Shown: in pieces, positions 40,633 through 52,371 of the stretch
Layout: each line of letters opens with the position of its first letter
Position numbering within the stretch: the first letter of the stretch is position 1
Assembly (NCBI GenBank): GCA_900617105.1
Contig: UYFQ01000006.1
Location: forward strand, 744,001 to 808,000
Reading direction: 5' to 3'
DNA: 64,000 bases
Origin: Hydrurus foetidus
Lineage: Eukaryota
The notes under the pieces: model-generated
Seen by the model: only the letters and a program-made list of their open reading frames with translations
Databases searched by the model: none
Told to the model about the DNA's origin: nothing
Made by a program: the position numbers and the translations under genes

Positions 40633-40980
40633 ATGAACGTCATCATTAATACCCAAGCCCTTGATGCCAAACCCCTCAAGGAGACCAGCCTGGAGCGATT
40701 GCATTTTGCGCTGCGCCGCTTGTCCAAAGTGGTGAGCCTTGTTCGCGTTCGATTCAGCGATGCGAATGGCCCGCGTGGTGGCCTGGACAAGCATTGCCAG
40801 GTTCAACTGGATTTGCAATCCAACGGATCAGTCTTGGTGAATGCCAAAGCTGACAACTGGCGCTCGGCGCTGGAAGAAGCCATCCGCCGTGTGATGCACC
40901 TGTTGGTCAAGCGCATTCAACAAGTCAACCGCCCTCAACGTAACGTGGTCAAACGCATGACGGAGTTGTCTGCGTCGTGA
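40633..40980 (+). CDS. HPF/RaiA-family ribosome-associated protein-like
   Basis: FALRR, VRVRFSDANGPRGGLDKHC motif. Confidence 0.75.
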   Translation: MNVIINTQALDAKPLKETSLERLHFALRRLSKVVSLVRVRFSDANGPRGGLDKHCQVQLDLQSNGSVLVNAKADNWRSALEEAIRRVMHLLVKRIQQVNRPQRNVVKRMTELSAS

Positions 40981-41286
40981 CGCTGATTTCCTGCGTTCAA
41001 TTGCGAACGCCTCATTAGGTTGCACCCTCTTTTTGCTCACTGCCTTAGGAAATGAACATGAACAGTGCCACGAAAAACCCAGATTCCGAGTCGTTCACTT
41101 AGCCGGGCGCAGGCCCATCGGGTAAGCCCACACCATAGGGTTGCTTTTATCACTTTACAATCTTTTACAAGCTTGCTCAGTCTTTTGGGTATCGGAGTCA
41201 ACGATTGATAGTATTTGTCCACTGTGCCGTATTTTTGGGGACAGTCCCGTGACAGCTTCACGGGATCCCTTTCTTGGCGCGCCCCC

Positions 41287-42579
41287 ATGGCCTTGATGAC
41301 GCAAATACTGCCGCCTGTGCGCGGGATGATCCTCAAAAACGGTGGGTACAACGGCACGCTGGCAGCTGCCCGTGATTTGGGCAGGCATGGCATACCTGCG
41401 GTGCTGCTTGACAGTCAAGGCGACACGCCAACGGCACACTCACGCTATGTCACCACAGTTTTCTCTGCCCCAGGTTTGAGTGATCTCAACTCGTACGCCA
41501 TGTGGCTGATTGATTTTGGCCGCCAAAACCCTGGCTATGTCCTGTATCCAACATCAGACGATCTTTGCTGGATCATGGATGCCCATCGGGATGAGCTGGC
41601 CAAGTGGTTTTATCTTTACCAGCCGGAGGCTGGCGGCATCTATGAATTGCTCAATAAGAAACGCCTCTTCCTTCACTGTCAGGCTCAAGGTGTTGATCAC
41701 CCGCAAACATGGTTTCCCAAAGACGGGGAAGACATGGTCGCTTTTGCGAGCAGGCTCACCTACCCTGTTTTGATCAAACCACAGACTCAAGCCGGTTTGC
41801 GGGTGTTGATTAAAGGTGCGGTCTGTTATTCGGTCGATGAATTTCTCAGCACGTGGGCCAATGCTGAGCGCTTTTTTTCATACAAACCCGAAATACTCGA
41901 ACGCGACCCGACGGCGTCCCAGCTCATGGTCCAGCGCTTCTATCCTCAGGCAGCTACACAGATCTATTCCCTTGCGGGCTTTGTTGATCCTGAGAACGAC
42001 ATTTTCCTGGTGCGCGCGTCCGAAAAGCTCTTGCAGCAACCCGCAACCATTGGTGTCGGGCTTTGCTTTGAGAGCCGTCCGATTTACGAAAAACCCCTTC
42101 AGCAACTGCGTCGTTTGGTCTCTGAGCTTGGCTATTGCGGTGCTTTTGAGGTGGAGTTCATTCACCTCAAAGAAACGGACAGTTTTTTGTTGATCGATTT
42201 CAACTCGCGGTTCTATGGGCAAATGAGCTTTGAAATCGCGCGAAACCTACCGATTGCCCGGCTTTGCTACTACGCAGCCATTGGTGACAAAAGCAAACTG
42301 TTGACTTTGGCGGCCAGCTGTCGTGATTGGGATCACGGGCCCCTTTGGAAGTGCCGCATAGGATGGATGCTGAAGCTTTTTGTGACCACCCAGACTTTGG
42401 GGGGGCATTTCACTTGGGCTGAGCGACGCGAGTGGCTCCGTTGGGCACGCAGTGGAAATACGGTTGATCCCATTTACGCGCGAGACGATCCAGGCCCCTT
42501 TCAGAGCTTTCGGCGGAAAGTTTTCTGGAACATGCTTCGGTATCCGCGCTCATCTGTACGGAAATACTTTCAAAGGTAA
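41287..42579 (+). CDS. ATP-grasp carboxylate-amine ligase family protein
   Basis: TLAAARDLG, LYPTSD, YPVLIKP, MVQRF, EVEF, DFNSRF; start uncertain (41215-41326). Confidence 0.75.
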   Translation: MALMTQILPPVRGMILKNGGYNGTLAAARDLGRHGIPAVLLDSQGDTPTAHSRYVTTVFSAPGLSDLNSYAMWLIDFGRQNPGYVLYPTSDDLCWIMDAHRDELAKWFYLYQPEAGGIYELLNKKRLFLHCQAQGVDHPQTWFPKDGEDMVAFASRLTYPVLIKPQTQAGLRVLIKGAVCYSVDEFLSTWANAERFFSYKPEILERDPTASQLMVQRFYPQAATQIYSLAGFVDPENDIFLVRASEKLLQQPATIGVGLCFESRPIYEKPLQQLRRLVSELGYCGAFEVEFIHLKETDSFLLIDFNSRFYGQMSFEIARNLPIARLCYYAAIGDKSKLLTLAASCRDWDHGPLWKCRIGWMLKLFVTTQTLGGHFTWAERREWLRWARSGNTVDPIYARDDPGPFQSFRRKVFWNMLRYPRSSVRKYFQR

Positions 42580-42585
42580 AGCGAG

Positions 42586-44010
42586 ATGAAGACAGCCAAA
42601 GCCTTGATCAAGAAGCTCGGGCGGCAGTACGTGGCGCGCTCGTCAACGCTGCGCGAGGGAATCCCGCCAGAACACTGGGGCTTGGCGTACCAGAATGATG
42701 TGTTGCACTACCTTGGCACGCCACTTTCAACGCTGACAAAGCAATGGGGATCGCCCTTGCATGTGATCCTGACGGACAAGTTGCTCCGCAACCTTGCTGA
42801 CTTTCAGGCGCCGGGTCTGGAAGTTTTTTACTCGTACAAGACCAACCCACTGCCGTGGGTATTTGAGCAGTTGCATCAAAACGGCGCGGGTGCCGAGGTG
42901 ATCTCCGCTTACGAGTTGTGGCTTGCGCTGAAACTAGGCGTTGCACCAGAGCGCATCATCTACAACGGCCCAGCCAAATCCGACGCATCGCTTCGCACCG
43001 CTATTGAGCTTGGCATTGCCAGTATCAACGCCAACAACATAGAGGAGCTCGACGCCATTTCCGCACTTGCTCAGAGCATGGGCAAAGTCGCCAATGTAGG
43101 AATTCGGGTCACCTCGTCCCATGGATGGACCGGCCAGTTTGGTTTTCCAGTTGAAGACGGTTCGGCCTTGACCGCTTTTCGCCGGGCGTTGACCTTACCT
43201 TCGATCAAAGTAGTCACCTTGCACTGCCACCGAGGCGCGCTGATTAGCGATGAGGCGACCTTGACCCGACACCTGGATTTCTTGCTGAGCTTCGCCAAGG
43301 AATTGCACACCACGCTGGATTGGTGGCCACAGATTCTGGACATTGGTGGCAGCTTGGGGATTCCCAGCACACGGTATCTCGGGTCTCGGGAAACGCAAAT
43401 GGCAACCACTTTTTTGGTGCCACCCGTGGCCCCCTTACCGCAGCGTTGTCTGTCGCCCGAAGCCTATTCGGCAACAGTGGTTCAAACCGTTGCCCAGCGC
43501 TGCACCATGTGGGGCAGGCCATTGCCAAGGCTGGTTTGCGAGGTTGGGCGCTCTTTGACGGGAAATGCCCAAATGCTGTTGACAACAGTTCAGAACAAGC
43601 GAGAAGGCGATGATTTTGACTATGCCGTGATGGACGCTGGTGTCAGCGTGGCCAGCATAGTGACCAGTGAATACCACGAACTTTTGCCGCTACAACGCAA
43701 ATCTGGCCCCAAACGCTGCCAAAGGATCGTGGGGCCAATTTGCCATATGGGGGACACCCTTTACACAGCGCAATACATGGCCTCTCTTGAGAAGGGCGAC
43801 ACCTTGGCCATCATGGACTCTGGCGCGTATTTCATTGCCGATGCCTCTTCGTTTTCATTTGCGCAACCAGCAGTTGTCGCCCTTTACGCTGATGGTCGAG
43901 AAAAACTGGTGCGACATGCTGAAAGCTTTGAACATCTGATTAGCCTGGACGTGCTGGACCAACCCGAGGCTGAAGCAACGACAAAGCACCGAGTGACCCA
44001 ACTATCTTGA
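42586..44010 (+). CDS. PLP-dependent Orn/Lys/Arg/DAP (group IV) decarboxylase-like protein
   Basis: YSYKTN PLP lysine, YNGPAK, HCH, DIGG, EVGR, GPIC, GAY. Confidence 0.85.
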   Translation: MKTAKALIKKLGRQYVARSSTLREGIPPEHWGLAYQNDVLHYLGTPLSTLTKQWGSPLHVILTDKLLRNLADFQAPGLEVFYSYKTNPLPWVFEQLHQNGAGAEVISAYELWLALKLGVAPERIIYNGPAKSDASLRTAIELGIASINANNIEELDAISALAQSMGKVANVGIRVTSSHGWTGQFGFPVEDGSALTAFRRALTLPSIKVVTLHCHRGALISDEATLTRHLDFLLSFAKELHTTLDWWPQILDIGGSLGIPSTRYLGSRETQMATTFLVPPVAPLPQRCLSPEAYSATVVQTVAQRCTMWGRPLPRLVCEVGRSLTGNAQMLLTTVQNKREGDDFDYAVMDAGVSVASIVTSEYHELLPLQRKSGPKRCQRIVGPICHMGDTLYTAQYMASLEKGDTLAIMDSGAYFIADASSFSFAQPAVVALYADGREKLVRHAESFEHLISLDVLDQPEAEATTKHRVTQLS

Positions 44011-44114
44011 CCGTTCTTCAGAGTTTCCACCACTGTTTATGCGGATATGAATTCCCTAGCGCGTCCAAGCTAGGGCATCCTCTGTAGCTGAGATGCACTT
44101 TAGTTGTTCAAAAT

Positions 44115-44143
44115 TTGCTAAAAAATAACGCACTTGCTATACT
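44115..44143 (+). promoter_or_regulatory. Sigma70 promoter of the str operon
   Basis: TTGCTA-17 bp-TATACT upstream of rpsL. Confidence 0.7.
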
Positions 44144-44226
44144 CGAAGGCTTTTCGGAAATTCCGAAGAGATTCACGTTTTTGTCATTTTGAACGTTTAG
44201 GGACGTTTTAGTTATAGGAGGCCATA

Positions 44227-44604
44227 GTGCCAACGATCAATCAATTGGTGCGTCAGGGGCGCGAGGTCGAAACGACCAAGTCCAAAAGCCCTGCGATGCA
44301 GAACTCTCCACAACGCCGTGGCGTGTGCACCCGTGTGTACACCACGACGCCTAAAAAGCCTAACTCTGCGCTGCGTAAAGTAGCCAAAGTTCGCCTGACG
44401 AATGGCTTTGAAGTCATCTCGTACATCGGCGGCGAAGGCCACAACTTGCAAGAACACTCGGTGGTTCTTGTTCGTGGTGGTCGTGTTAAGGATTTGCCTG
44501 GTGTGCGTTACCACATCGTGCGCGGTGCACTCGATTTGCAAGGCGTGAAAGACCGCAAGCAGTCGCGTTCCAAGTACGGCGCGAAGAAGCCAAAGGCCAA
44601 ATAA
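44227..44604 (+). CDS. rpsL: 30S ribosomal protein S12
   Basis: [32 protein letters not shown] start after GGAGG. Confidence 0.99.
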   Translation: MPTINQLVRQGREVETTKSKSPAMQNSPQRRGVCTRVYTTTPKKPNSALRKVAKVRLTNGFEVISYIGGEGHNLQEHSVVLVRGGRVKDLPGVRYHIVRGALDLQGVKDRKQSRSKYGAKKPKAK

Positions 44605-44763
44605 GCTGTTTCAGCTTGTTCGGTTTGTTAAATAAAGGTGCTGTTTCCCGCGTGGCGCGGAGATGCAGCGTAGTGACCCGGTGTTGGGTCGAGTAAGTAA
44701 AAACCTATATGGTTTTTGCGGTGTCTGCCAAGATGCCAACTGAAGCAATTAAGAGGTGAAAAA

Positions 44764-45237
44764 ATGCCACGTCGTCGCGAAGTCCCTAAACGTGAAATCC
44801 TGCCGGACCCTAAGTACGGCAATGTTGAGCTCGCCAAATTCATGAACGTGATCATGCAAGGCGGCAAAAAGGCGATTGCCGAACGCATCGTCTACGGTGC
44901 TCTGGAGCAAATCCAGAAGAAGCACCCCGACAAAGACCCGATGGAGGCTTTTGAAGTCGCCATTGGCAATGTCAAGCCTATGGTGGAAGTGAAGTCTCGC
45001 CGCGTTGGTGGTGCAAACTACCAAGTGCCCGTTGAAGTGCGCCCTGTGCGTCGCTTGGCACTCTCGATGCGCTGGATTAAAGAAGCCGCTAAGAAGCGTG
45101 GCGAAAAGTCGATGGCTTTGCGCTTGGCTAACGAGTTGCTCGAAGCCACTGAAGGCCGTGGTGGTGCCATGAAAAAGCGTGACGAAGTTCACCGCATGGC
45201 CGAAGCGAACAAGGCATTCAGCCACTTCCGCTTCTAA
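44764..45237 (+). CDS. rpsG: 30S ribosomal protein S7
   Basis: [31 protein letters not shown]. Confidence 0.99.
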   Translation: MPRRREVPKREILPDPKYGNVELAKFMNVIMQGGKKAIAERIVYGALEQIQKKHPDKDPMEAFEVAIGNVKPMVEVKSRRVGGANYQVPVEVRPVRRLALSMRWIKEAAKKRGEKSMALRLANELLEATEGRGGAMKKRDEVHRMAEANKAFSHFRF

Positions 45238-45317
45238 AAAACCGTCCTTACATCAGGCCAGCAAGCCCGTACCGCCCATTTGGGTGGCGGGCTTGTGGTC
45301 ATTAACGAAAGAGAATT

Positions 45318-47417
45318 ATGGCTCGCCATACCCCCATTAGCCGTTACCGCAACATTGGTATTTCGGCGCACATTGATGCTGGTAAAACCACGACGACCGA
45401 GCGCGTTTTGTTTTACACCGGCGTGAACCACAAAATTGGTGAAGTTCATGATGGCGCTGCCACGATGGACTGGATGGAGCAAGAGCAAGAGCGTGGCATC
45501 ACGATCACCTCTGCTGCGACCACCTGCTTCTGGAAGGGCATGGCGGGCAATTTTGAAGAACACCGCATCAACATCATTGACACCCCCGGCCACGTTGACT
45601 TCACGATTGAAGTTGAGCGTTCGATGCGCGTGCTTGACGGTGCGGTGATGGTGTATGACGCTGTGGGCGGCGTGCAACCTCAGTCGGAAACCGTTTGGCG
45701 TCAGGCTAACAAGTACCGCGTGCCTCGTTTGGCCTTCGTCAACAAGATGGACCGTACCGGTGCCGACTTCTTGCGGGTTCGCGAAATGATGATTCTTCGC
45801 TTGAAGGCGAACCCCGTGGCTATCCAGATCCCTATAGGTGCTGAAGAGCACTTCCAGGGCATCGTGGATTTGGTCAAGATGAAAGCCATCATCTGGGACG
45901 AAGACAAAGGCGTGACTTTTACCTACAACGACATTCCTGAAAACTTGGCCGCAGTTTGCGCTGAGTACCGCGAAAAGTTGGTTGAAGCGGCTGCTGAAGC
46001 CAGCGAAGAGCTGATGAACAAGTACCTCGAAGGCGAAGCCTTTACCGAGGAAGAAATCAAGGCTGCGATCCGCAAGCGCACTATCGCTGGTGAAATCCAA
46101 CCGATGTTGTGCGGTTCTGCATTCAAGAACAAAGGCGTTCAGGCCATGTTGGATGCGGTCATTGAATACATGCCCGCACCGACGGATATTCCGCCTGTTA
46201 AGGGTCTGAGCGAAGATGACGAAGCCATCACCCGCAACGCTGATGACAACGAAAAATTCTCTGCTTTGGCCTTCAAGCTGATGACGGATCCGTTCGTGGG
46301 TCAGTTGACGTTCGTTCGCGTGTACTCGGGTGTGTTGTCCAAGGGTGACAGCATTTACAACCCTATCCGTGGCAAGAAAGAGCGTATCGGTCGTATCGTG
46401 CAAATGCACGCCAACAACCGTGAAGAAGTCAGCGAAATTCGCGCTGGTGACATCGCCGCTTGTATCGGCTTGAAGGACGTTACCACGGGCGAAACCCTGT
46501 GCGATCCATCCGCCATCATCACCTTGGAACGCATGATTTTCCCTGAGCCTGTGATTACACAGGCCGTGGAACCCAAGACCAAGGTTGATCAAGAGAAGAT
46601 GGGTATTGCCTTGCAGCGTCTGGCGCAAGAAGATCCTTCATTCCGTGTCAAAACGGATGAAGAATCGGGTCAGACCCTGATCGCCGGTATGGGCGAGTTG
46701 CACTTGGAAATTATTGTTGATCGCATGAAGCGTGAGTTTGGCGTGGAAGCCAACGTGGGCAAGCCCATGGTCGCTTACCGCGAAACGATTCGCCAAGTGG
46801 TGGAAGAGGCCGAAGGTAAGTTCGTGCGTCAGTCCGGCGGTAAAGGCCAGTACGGTCACGTCGTATTGAAGATCGAACCCCAAGAACCCGGTAAGGGCTT
46901 TGAGTTCGTTGACGCTATCAAGGGTGGTGTGGTTCCTCGTGAATACATCCCTGCAGTGGAAAAAGGCGTGATCGAAGCTTTGGGTCAAGGCGTATTGGCG
47001 GGCTACCCTGTGGTTGACGTGAAAGTCACGCTGCACTTCGGTTCGTACCACGATGTGGACTCGAACGAAATGGCCTTCAAAATGGCTGCCATCTTCGGTT
47101 TCAAAGAAGGTTGCCGCAAAGCCAAGCCCGTGATTCTTGAGCCGATGATGGCCGTTGAAGTGGAAACGCCAGAAGACTACGCCGGTAACGTGATGGGCGA
47201 TTTGTCCTCACGCCGTGGCATGGTGCAAGGCATGGAAGACATGGTTGGTGGCGGCAAAGCCATCAAGGCTGAAGTGCCTTTGTCTGAAATGTTTGGCTAC
47301 TCCACCACCCTGCGTTCGATGTCGCAAGGTCGCGCTACTTACACGATGGAATTCAAGCATTACGCGGAAGCACCGCGTAACGTGGCTGAAGCCATTGTGG
47401 CGGCTCGTGCCAAGTAA
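45318..47417 (+). CDS. fusA: Elongation factor G
   Basis: [23 protein letters not shown]. Confidence 0.99.
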   Translation: MARHTPISRYRNIGISAHIDAGKTTTTERVLFYTGVNHKIGEVHDGAATMDWMEQEQERGITITSAATTCFWKGMAGNFEEHRINIIDTPGHVDFTIEVERSMRVLDGAVMVYDAVGGVQPQSETVWRQANKYRVPRLAFVNKMDRTGADFLRVREMMILRLKANPVAIQIPIGAEEHFQGIVDLVKMKAIIWDEDKGVTFTYNDIPENLAAVCAEYREKLVEAAAEASEELMNKYLEGEAFTEEEIKAAIRKRTIAGEIQPMLCGSAFKNKGVQAMLDAVIEYMPAPTDIPPVKGLSEDDEAITRNADDNEKFSALAFKLMTDPFVGQLTFVRVYSGVLSKGDSIYNPIRGKKERIGRIVQMHANNREEVSEIRAGDIAACIGLKDVTTGETLCDPSAIITLERMIFPEPVITQAVEPKTKVDQEKMGIALQRLAQEDPSFRVKTDEESGQTLIAGMGELHLEIIVDRMKREFGVEANVGKPMVAYRETIRQVVEEAEGKFVRQSGGKGQYGHVVLKIEPQEPGKGFEFVDAIKGGVVPREYIPAVEKGVIEALGQGVLAGYPVVDVKVTLHFGSYHDVDSNEMAFKMAAIFGFKEGCRKAKPVILEPMMAVEVETPEDYAGNVMGDLSSRRGMVQGMEDMVGGGKAIKAEVPLSEMFGYSTTLRSMSQGRATYTMEFKHYAEAPRNVAEAIVAARAK

Positions 47418-47547
47418 CTTTAGTTTTTAAATTCAGTTTTAAATCGGTCTGCGATTGTCTGCCCAGTGCTGCCCGTGGCATTGGAATCAGCAAGGCAGTG
47501 CAGACCTAAAACCACGACACGGGCATTGCTCTTTTTAAGGAATCGAA

Positions 47548-48738
47548 ATGGGAAAAGAAAAGTTTGAACGTACCAAGCCCCACGTCAACGTGGGCACGAT
47601 CGGTCACGTCGATCACGGTAAAACCACGCTGACAGCGGCCATCACCACCGTGTTGGCAGCCAAGTTCGGCGGTCAAGCCAAGGCTTACGACCAAATTGAC
47701 GCGGCACCCGAAGAAAAAGCACGCGGCATCACCATCAACACCGCCCACGTGGAATACGAAACGGCTAACCGCCATTACGCCCACGTTGATTGCCCCGGCC
47801 ACGCTGACTATGTGAAAAACATGATCACCGGTGCTGCGCAAATGGACGGCGCTATTCTGGTTTGTTCCGCTGCTGACGGCCCAATGCCTCAGACCCGCGA
47901 ACACATCCTGTTGGCCCGCCAGGTAGGCGTACCTCACATCATCGTGTTCCTGAACAAATGCGACATGGTTGACGACACCGAGCTGCTCGAACTCGTCGAA
48001 ATGGAAGTGCGCGAGCTCCTCGACAAGTACGATTTCCCTGGCGACGACACCCCCATCATCCACGGCAGCGCCAAGCTCGCCATGGAAGGTGACAAAGGCG
48101 AACTCGGTGAAGGCGCGATCTTCAAGCTCGCTGAAGCCATGGACACCTACTTCCCTCAGCCAGAGCGTGCCATTGACAAGCCCTTCCTGATGCCCGTAGA
48201 AGACGTGTTCTCGATCTCCGGTCGTGGCACCGTTGTGACCGGTCGTATCGAAAGCGGCGTCGTCAAAGTTGGCGAATCCATCGAAATCGTCGGTATCACT
48301 ACCACCATCCAGACCATCTGCACCGGTGTTGAAATGTTCCGCAAACTGCTCGACCAAGGTCAAGCAGGCGACAACGTCGGCATCTTGCTGCGCGGCACCA
48401 AGCGCGAAGAAGTTCAGCGCGGCCAAGTGCTCTGCAAACCCGGTTCGATCAAGCCACACACCCACTTCACCGCTGAAGTCTATGTGTTGAGCAAAGACGA
48501 AGGCGGCCGCCACACCCCCTTCTTCAACAACTACCGTCCCCAGTTCTACTTCCGTACCACGGACGTGACCGGTGCGATTGAGTTGCCAGAAGGCAAAGAA
48601 ATGGTCATGCCCGGCGACAACGTCAGCATCACCGTCAAACTCATCAACCCCATCGCCATGCAAGAAGGCCTGCGCTTCGCTATCCGCGAAGGCGGCAAGA
48701 CTGTCGGCTCCGGTGTGGTGGCTAAGGTTATTGCTTAA
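47548..48738 (+). CDS. tuf: Elongation factor Tu
   Basis: [25 protein letters not shown]. Confidence 0.99.
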   Translation: MGKEKFERTKPHVNVGTIGHVDHGKTTLTAAITTVLAAKFGGQAKAYDQIDAAPEEKARGITINTAHVEYETANRHYAHVDCPGHADYVKNMITGAAQMDGAILVCSAADGPMPQTREHILLARQVGVPHIIVFLNKCDMVDDTELLELVEMEVRELLDKYDFPGDDTPIIHGSAKLAMEGDKGELGEGAIFKLAEAMDTYFPQPERAIDKPFLMPVEDVFSISGRGTVVTGRIESGVVKVGESIEIVGITTTIQTICTGVEMFRKLLDQGQAGDNVGILLRGTKREEVQRGQVLCKPGSIKPHTHFTAEVYVLSKDEGGRHTPFFNNYRPQFYFRTTDVTGAIELPEGKEMVMPGDNVSITVKLINPIAMQEGLRFAIREGGKTVGSGVVAKVIA

Positions 48739-48749
48739 GGAATACGAAC

Positions 48750-49073
48750 ATGTCTACGACTCCTACCAAGCAAAAAATCCGTATCCGCCTGAAAGCGTTT
48801 GATTACAAATTGATCGACCAATCTGCTGCTGAAATTGTGGATACCGCCAAGCGTACTGGCGCGATTGTCAAGGGCCCCGTGCCTTTGCCAACCCGCATGA
48901 AGCGTTTTGACATTCTGCGTTCACCTCACGTGAACAAGACTTCACGCGACCAGTTGGAAATCCGCACGCACCAGCGTCTGATGGACATCGTTGACCCAAC
49001 CGATAAAACGGTTGATGCGTTGATGAAGCTCGATTTGCCAGCTGGCGTGGACGTTGAAATCAAGCTGCAATAA
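48750..49073 (+). CDS. rpsJ: 30S ribosomal protein S10
   Basis: [22 protein letters not shown]. Confidence 0.99.
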   Translation: MSTTPTKQKIRIRLKAFDYKLIDQSAAEIVDTAKRTGAIVKGPVPLPTRMKRFDILRSPHVNKTSRDQLEIRTHQRLMDIVDPTDKTVDALMKLDLPAGVDVEIKLQ

Positions 49074-49146
49074 GCATCCAACGAAGCCTATTGCTTGGCT
49101 GAGATGGTTGATGTTGCCCCTGCGCATCGTTGCAGGGGAATGACAT

Positions 49147-49175
49147 TTGCATTTATGCTGAGTACGCGCTAGAAT
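49147..49175 (+). promoter_or_regulatory. Sigma70 promoter upstream of rplC
   Basis: TTGCAT-17 bp-TAGAAT in the 198-bp rpsJ-rplC gap. Confidence 0.7.
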
Positions 49176-49271
49176 CGAAGGCTCACCTGAATTTTCGGGT
49201 GGGTCTTTTCGCAGTTCCGGTCAATCGTTACCGGTTCTTAAACCCAAGTCCTCTGGACTGGAGATTAAAAA

Positions 49272-49955
49272 ATGAGTCTTAGCAATCGCTTAGGGTTGCT
49301 GGGCCGCAAGGTGGGCATGATGCGTCTGTTCACTGATGATGGGGCTACTGTTCCCGTCACAGTGATCGATGTGTCTGACAACCGTGTGACCCAGGTCAAA
49401 TCCCAGGAAAATGACGGCTATGTGGCACTTCAAGTCACATTTGGCAAGCGCAAAGCATCGCGCGTGACCAAGCCCGAAGCCGGGCATCTGGCAAAAGCTG
49501 GCGTTCTCGCCGGCGAGATCATCCAAGAATTCCGCGTGACGGCTGATGCCGCTGCGCAATACGCTCCTGGCGCTACGGTGCTGGCAGGGTCGGTTTTTGT
49601 GGTTGGTCAAAAGGTGGACGTGCAAGGCACAACCATCGGTAAAGGCTTCGCCGGCACCATCAAGCGTCACCACATGAGTTCACAGCGCGCGTCGCACGGT
49701 AACAGCCGTTCGCACAACGTGCCCGGCTCTATCGGTATGGCGCAAGATCCAGGCCGTGTGTTCCCTGGTAAACGGATGACGGGCCATTTGGGCGTCGATA
49801 CCGTGACCACCCAAAACCTCGATGTCGTTCGTATCGACGAAGCACGCCAACTGTTGTTGATCCGGGGTGCTATCCCTGGTCATGCGGGTGGTTTCGTGAC
49901 CGTTCGCCACGCCATCAAGGCTAAATCTACAGTCGACGCGAAAGGGGCGAACTGA
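49272..49955 (+). CDS. rplC: 50S ribosomal protein L3
   Basis: [23 protein letters not shown]. Confidence 0.99.
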   Translation: MSLSNRLGLLGRKVGMMRLFTDDGATVPVTVIDVSDNRVTQVKSQENDGYVALQVTFGKRKASRVTKPEAGHLAKAGVLAGEIIQEFRVTADAAAQYAPGATVLAGSVFVVGQKVDVQGTTIGKGFAGTIKRHHMSSQRASHGNSRSHNVPGSIGMAQDPGRVFPGKRMTGHLGVDTVTTQNLDVVRIDEARQLLLIRGAIPGHAGGFVTVRHAIKAKSTVDAKGAN

Positions 49956-50575
49956 TGCAGCTCGAACTCCTCAATAACCAAGGTCAAGCCGCTTCTAAAG
50001 TAGATGCGTCTGCGACTGTGTTTGACCGTCCTTACAACGAAGATCTGGTTCACCAGATTGTTGTGGCGTACCAAGCTAACGCGCGTCAAGGCACCCGTGC
50101 CCAAAAAGACCGCGAACAAGTTCATCACTCAACCAAGAAGCCCTTCAAGCAAAAAGGTACTGGTCGCGCTCGCGCTGGTATGACCTCTTCGCCTCTGTGG
50201 CGTGGCGGTGGTCGGATTTTCCCGAACATGCCTGATGAAAACTTCAGCCAAAAGATCAACAAGAAGATGTACCGCGCTGGTATGGCTTCGATCTTGTCGC
50301 AGTTGGCCCGTGATGGCCGTCTGTCGGTGGTTGATTCGTTGACAGTTGATTCGCCAAAGACCAAGCAGCTCGCTGCTAAGTTCAAGGCCATGAACCTGGC
50401 ATCTGTGTTGGTGATTGCCGACGAGATGGACGAAAACCTGTACTTGGCTTCTCGCAATCTGGTGAACATCCTGATTGTGGAACCTCGTTACGCCGATCCC
50501 GTGTCTTTGGTGCATTACCGCAAGGTGCTGGTCACCAAGGCTGCCCTCGGTAAGCTTCAGGAGATGTTCGCATGA
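49955..50575 (+). CDS. rplD: 50S ribosomal protein L4
   Basis: [18 protein letters not shown]. Confidence 0.99.
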   Translation: MQLELLNNQGQAASKVDASATVFDRPYNEDLVHQIVVAYQANARQGTRAQKDREQVHHSTKKPFKQKGTGRARAGMTSSPLWRGGGRIFPNMPDENFSQKINKKMYRAGMASILSQLARDGRLSVVDSLTVDSPKTKQLAAKFKAMNLASVLVIADEMDENLYLASRNLVNILIVEPRYADPVSLVHYRKVLVTKAALGKLQEMFA

Positions 50576-50898
50576 GCGCTGTCCAACAAAAACCAAAATT
50601 CGACGAAGGTCGTCTGATGTCGGTGCTGATCGCTCCTATCGTGTCTGAAAAGGCAACGATGGTCGCTGAGCAGTCCAACGCTGTGACCTTCCGCGTCATG
50701 CAAGACGCTACCAAGCCTGAAATCAAAGCTGCTGTTGAACTCATGTTCAAAGTGGCCGTTAAAGGCGTTTCGGTACTCAACACCAAAGGCAAGTCCAAGC
50801 GTTTTGGCAAGTCTATGGGCAAGCGCGCTAGCGTGCGCAAAGCCTATGTGCGCCTGATGCCCGGTGAAGAGTTGAACCTGACTGGGGAGGCTGCGTAA
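50572..50898 (+). CDS. rplW: 50S ribosomal protein L23
   Basis: [21 protein letters not shown]. Confidence 0.98.
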   Translation: MSAVQQKPKFDEGRLMSVLIAPIVSEKATMVAEQSNAVTFRVMQDATKPEIKAAVELMFKVAVKGVSVLNTKGKSKRFGKSMGKRASVRKAYVRLMPGEELNLTGEAA

Positions 50899-50900
50899 TC

Positions 50901-51725
50901 ATGGCCGTCATCAAAATGAAACCTACCTCACCCGGCCAACGTGCTGTGGTGAAAGTGTCTCGTGACCACCTCTACAAGGGTGATCCGTATGCACCGTTGT
51001 TGGAACCTCAAATCCAAAACGCTGGTCGCAACAACAATGGTCATATTACCGTTCGCCATAAAGGCGGCGGTCATAAGCACCATTACCGTGTTGTTGACTT
51101 CAAGCGCAACAAAGATGGTATTCCGGCAAAAGTTGAGCGCATTGAGTACGATCCAAACCGTACTGCACACATCGCCCTGATCTGCTATGCAGATGGCGAG
51201 CGCGCTTACATCATTGCACCGCGTGGCCTGGAAGCTGGCGCGAGCATCATGAGTGGCTCTGAAGCACCGATTCGCGTGGGTAACACCTTGCCAATCCGCA
51301 ACATCCCTGTGGGCTCGACCATCCATTGCGTCGAGTTGCAAATCGGCAAAGGCGCACAGATCATCCGCTCAGCGGGTACATCTGCTACCTTGCTGGCCCG
51401 TGAAGGCATCTACGCCCAAGTGCGTCTGCGCTCGGGTGAAGTTCGCAAGGTTCACGTGGACTGCCGCGCTACGTTGGGCGAAGTCGCCAACGAAGAGCAC
51501 AGCCTGCGTCGCCTGGGTAAAGCCGGTGCCAAGCGCTGGAAGGGTATTCGCCCAACCGTTCGCGGTGTGGTGATGAACCCCGTTGACCACCCACACGGTG
51601 GCGGCGAAGGCAAAACCGGTGAAGGTATGCATCCTGTTGATCCATGGGGCAATCTGACCAAGGGTTACCGCACTCGCAACAACAAGCGCACGCAAGTGAT
51701 GATTGTTTCGCGTCGTAAGAAGTAA
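50901..51725 (+). CDS. rplB: 50S ribosomal protein L2
   Basis: [19 protein letters not shown]. Confidence 0.99.
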   Translation: MAVIKMKPTSPGQRAVVKVSRDHLYKGDPYAPLLEPQIQNAGRNNNGHITVRHKGGGHKHHYRVVDFKRNKDGIPAKVERIEYDPNRTAHIALICYADGERAYIIAPRGLEAGASIMSGSEAPIRVGNTLPIRNIPVGSTIHCVELQIGKGAQIIRSAGTSATLLAREGIYAQVRLRSGEVRKVHVDCRATLGEVANEEHSLRRLGKAGAKRWKGIRPTVRGVVMNPVDHPHGGGEGKTGEGMHPVDPWGNLTKGYRTRNNKRTQVMIVSRRKK

Positions 51726-51737
51726 GGGGCACACTAA

Positions 51738-52016
51738 ATGACACGTTCTCTTAAAAAAGGCCCCTTCGTTGACCACCACTTGCTCGCTAAAGCGGAAAAA
51801 GCAGTGGCCATCAAGGACAAGAAGCCGATCAAAACTTGGTCGCGCCGTTCTATGGTTTTGCCCGATTTCATCGGTCTGACCATTGCTGTGCACAACGGCA
51901 AACAGCATGTACCTGTGTACATCACTGACCAAATGGTCGGCCACAAACTTGGTGAGTTCGCTTTGACGCGCACTTTCAAGGGCCACCCTGCGGACAAAAA
52001 AGTCGTGAGAAAGTAA
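51738..52016 (+). CDS. rpsS: 30S ribosomal protein S19
   Basis: [21 protein letters not shown]. Confidence 0.99.
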   Translation: MTRSLKKGPFVDHHLLAKAEKAVAIKDKKPIKTWSRRSMVLPDFIGLTIAVHNGKQHVPVYITDQMVGHKLGEFALTRTFKGHPADKKVVRK

Positions 52017-52025
52017 GGAAAGACC

Positions 52026-52355
52026 ATGGAAACACGTGCAGTCCTCCGGGGCGTCCGTCTGTCGGTCGATAAGGGCCGCCTTGTCGCCGATTTGATTCGT
52101 GGCAAGAAAGTTGACCAAGCGCTGAACATTCTGCAATTCACGCAGAAAAAAGCCGCCGTCATCATCAAGAAGGTCGTGGAGTCCGCTATTGCCAACGCCG
52201 AGCACAATGACGGCGCTGACATCGACGAACTCAAGATCACCACCATCTACGTTGAACAGGGCACCACGCTCAAGCGGTTTACCGCTCGTGCTAAAGGCCG
52301 TGGAAACCGTATCAGCAAACCCACGTGCCATGTGTACGTGACGGTTGGTAACTGA
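52026..52355 (+). CDS. rplV: 50S ribosomal protein L22
   Basis: [22 protein letters not shown]. Confidence 0.99.
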   Translation: METRAVLRGVRLSVDKGRLVADLIRGKKVDQALNILQFTQKKAAVIIKKVVESAIANAEHNDGADIDELKITTIYVEQGTTLKRFTARAKGRGNRISKPTCHVYVTVGN

Positions 52356-52371
52356 AAGGCCTGGAAGAACT

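Noticed and set aside
44054..44075. Hairpin CCCTAGC...GCTAGGG as terminator or att site
   Set aside because: No U-tract, and no matching repeat found at the other end of the accessory segment.
44227..44604. Streptomycin-resistance alleles in rpsL
   Set aside because: Both key lysines (PKKP and RVKD) are wild type.
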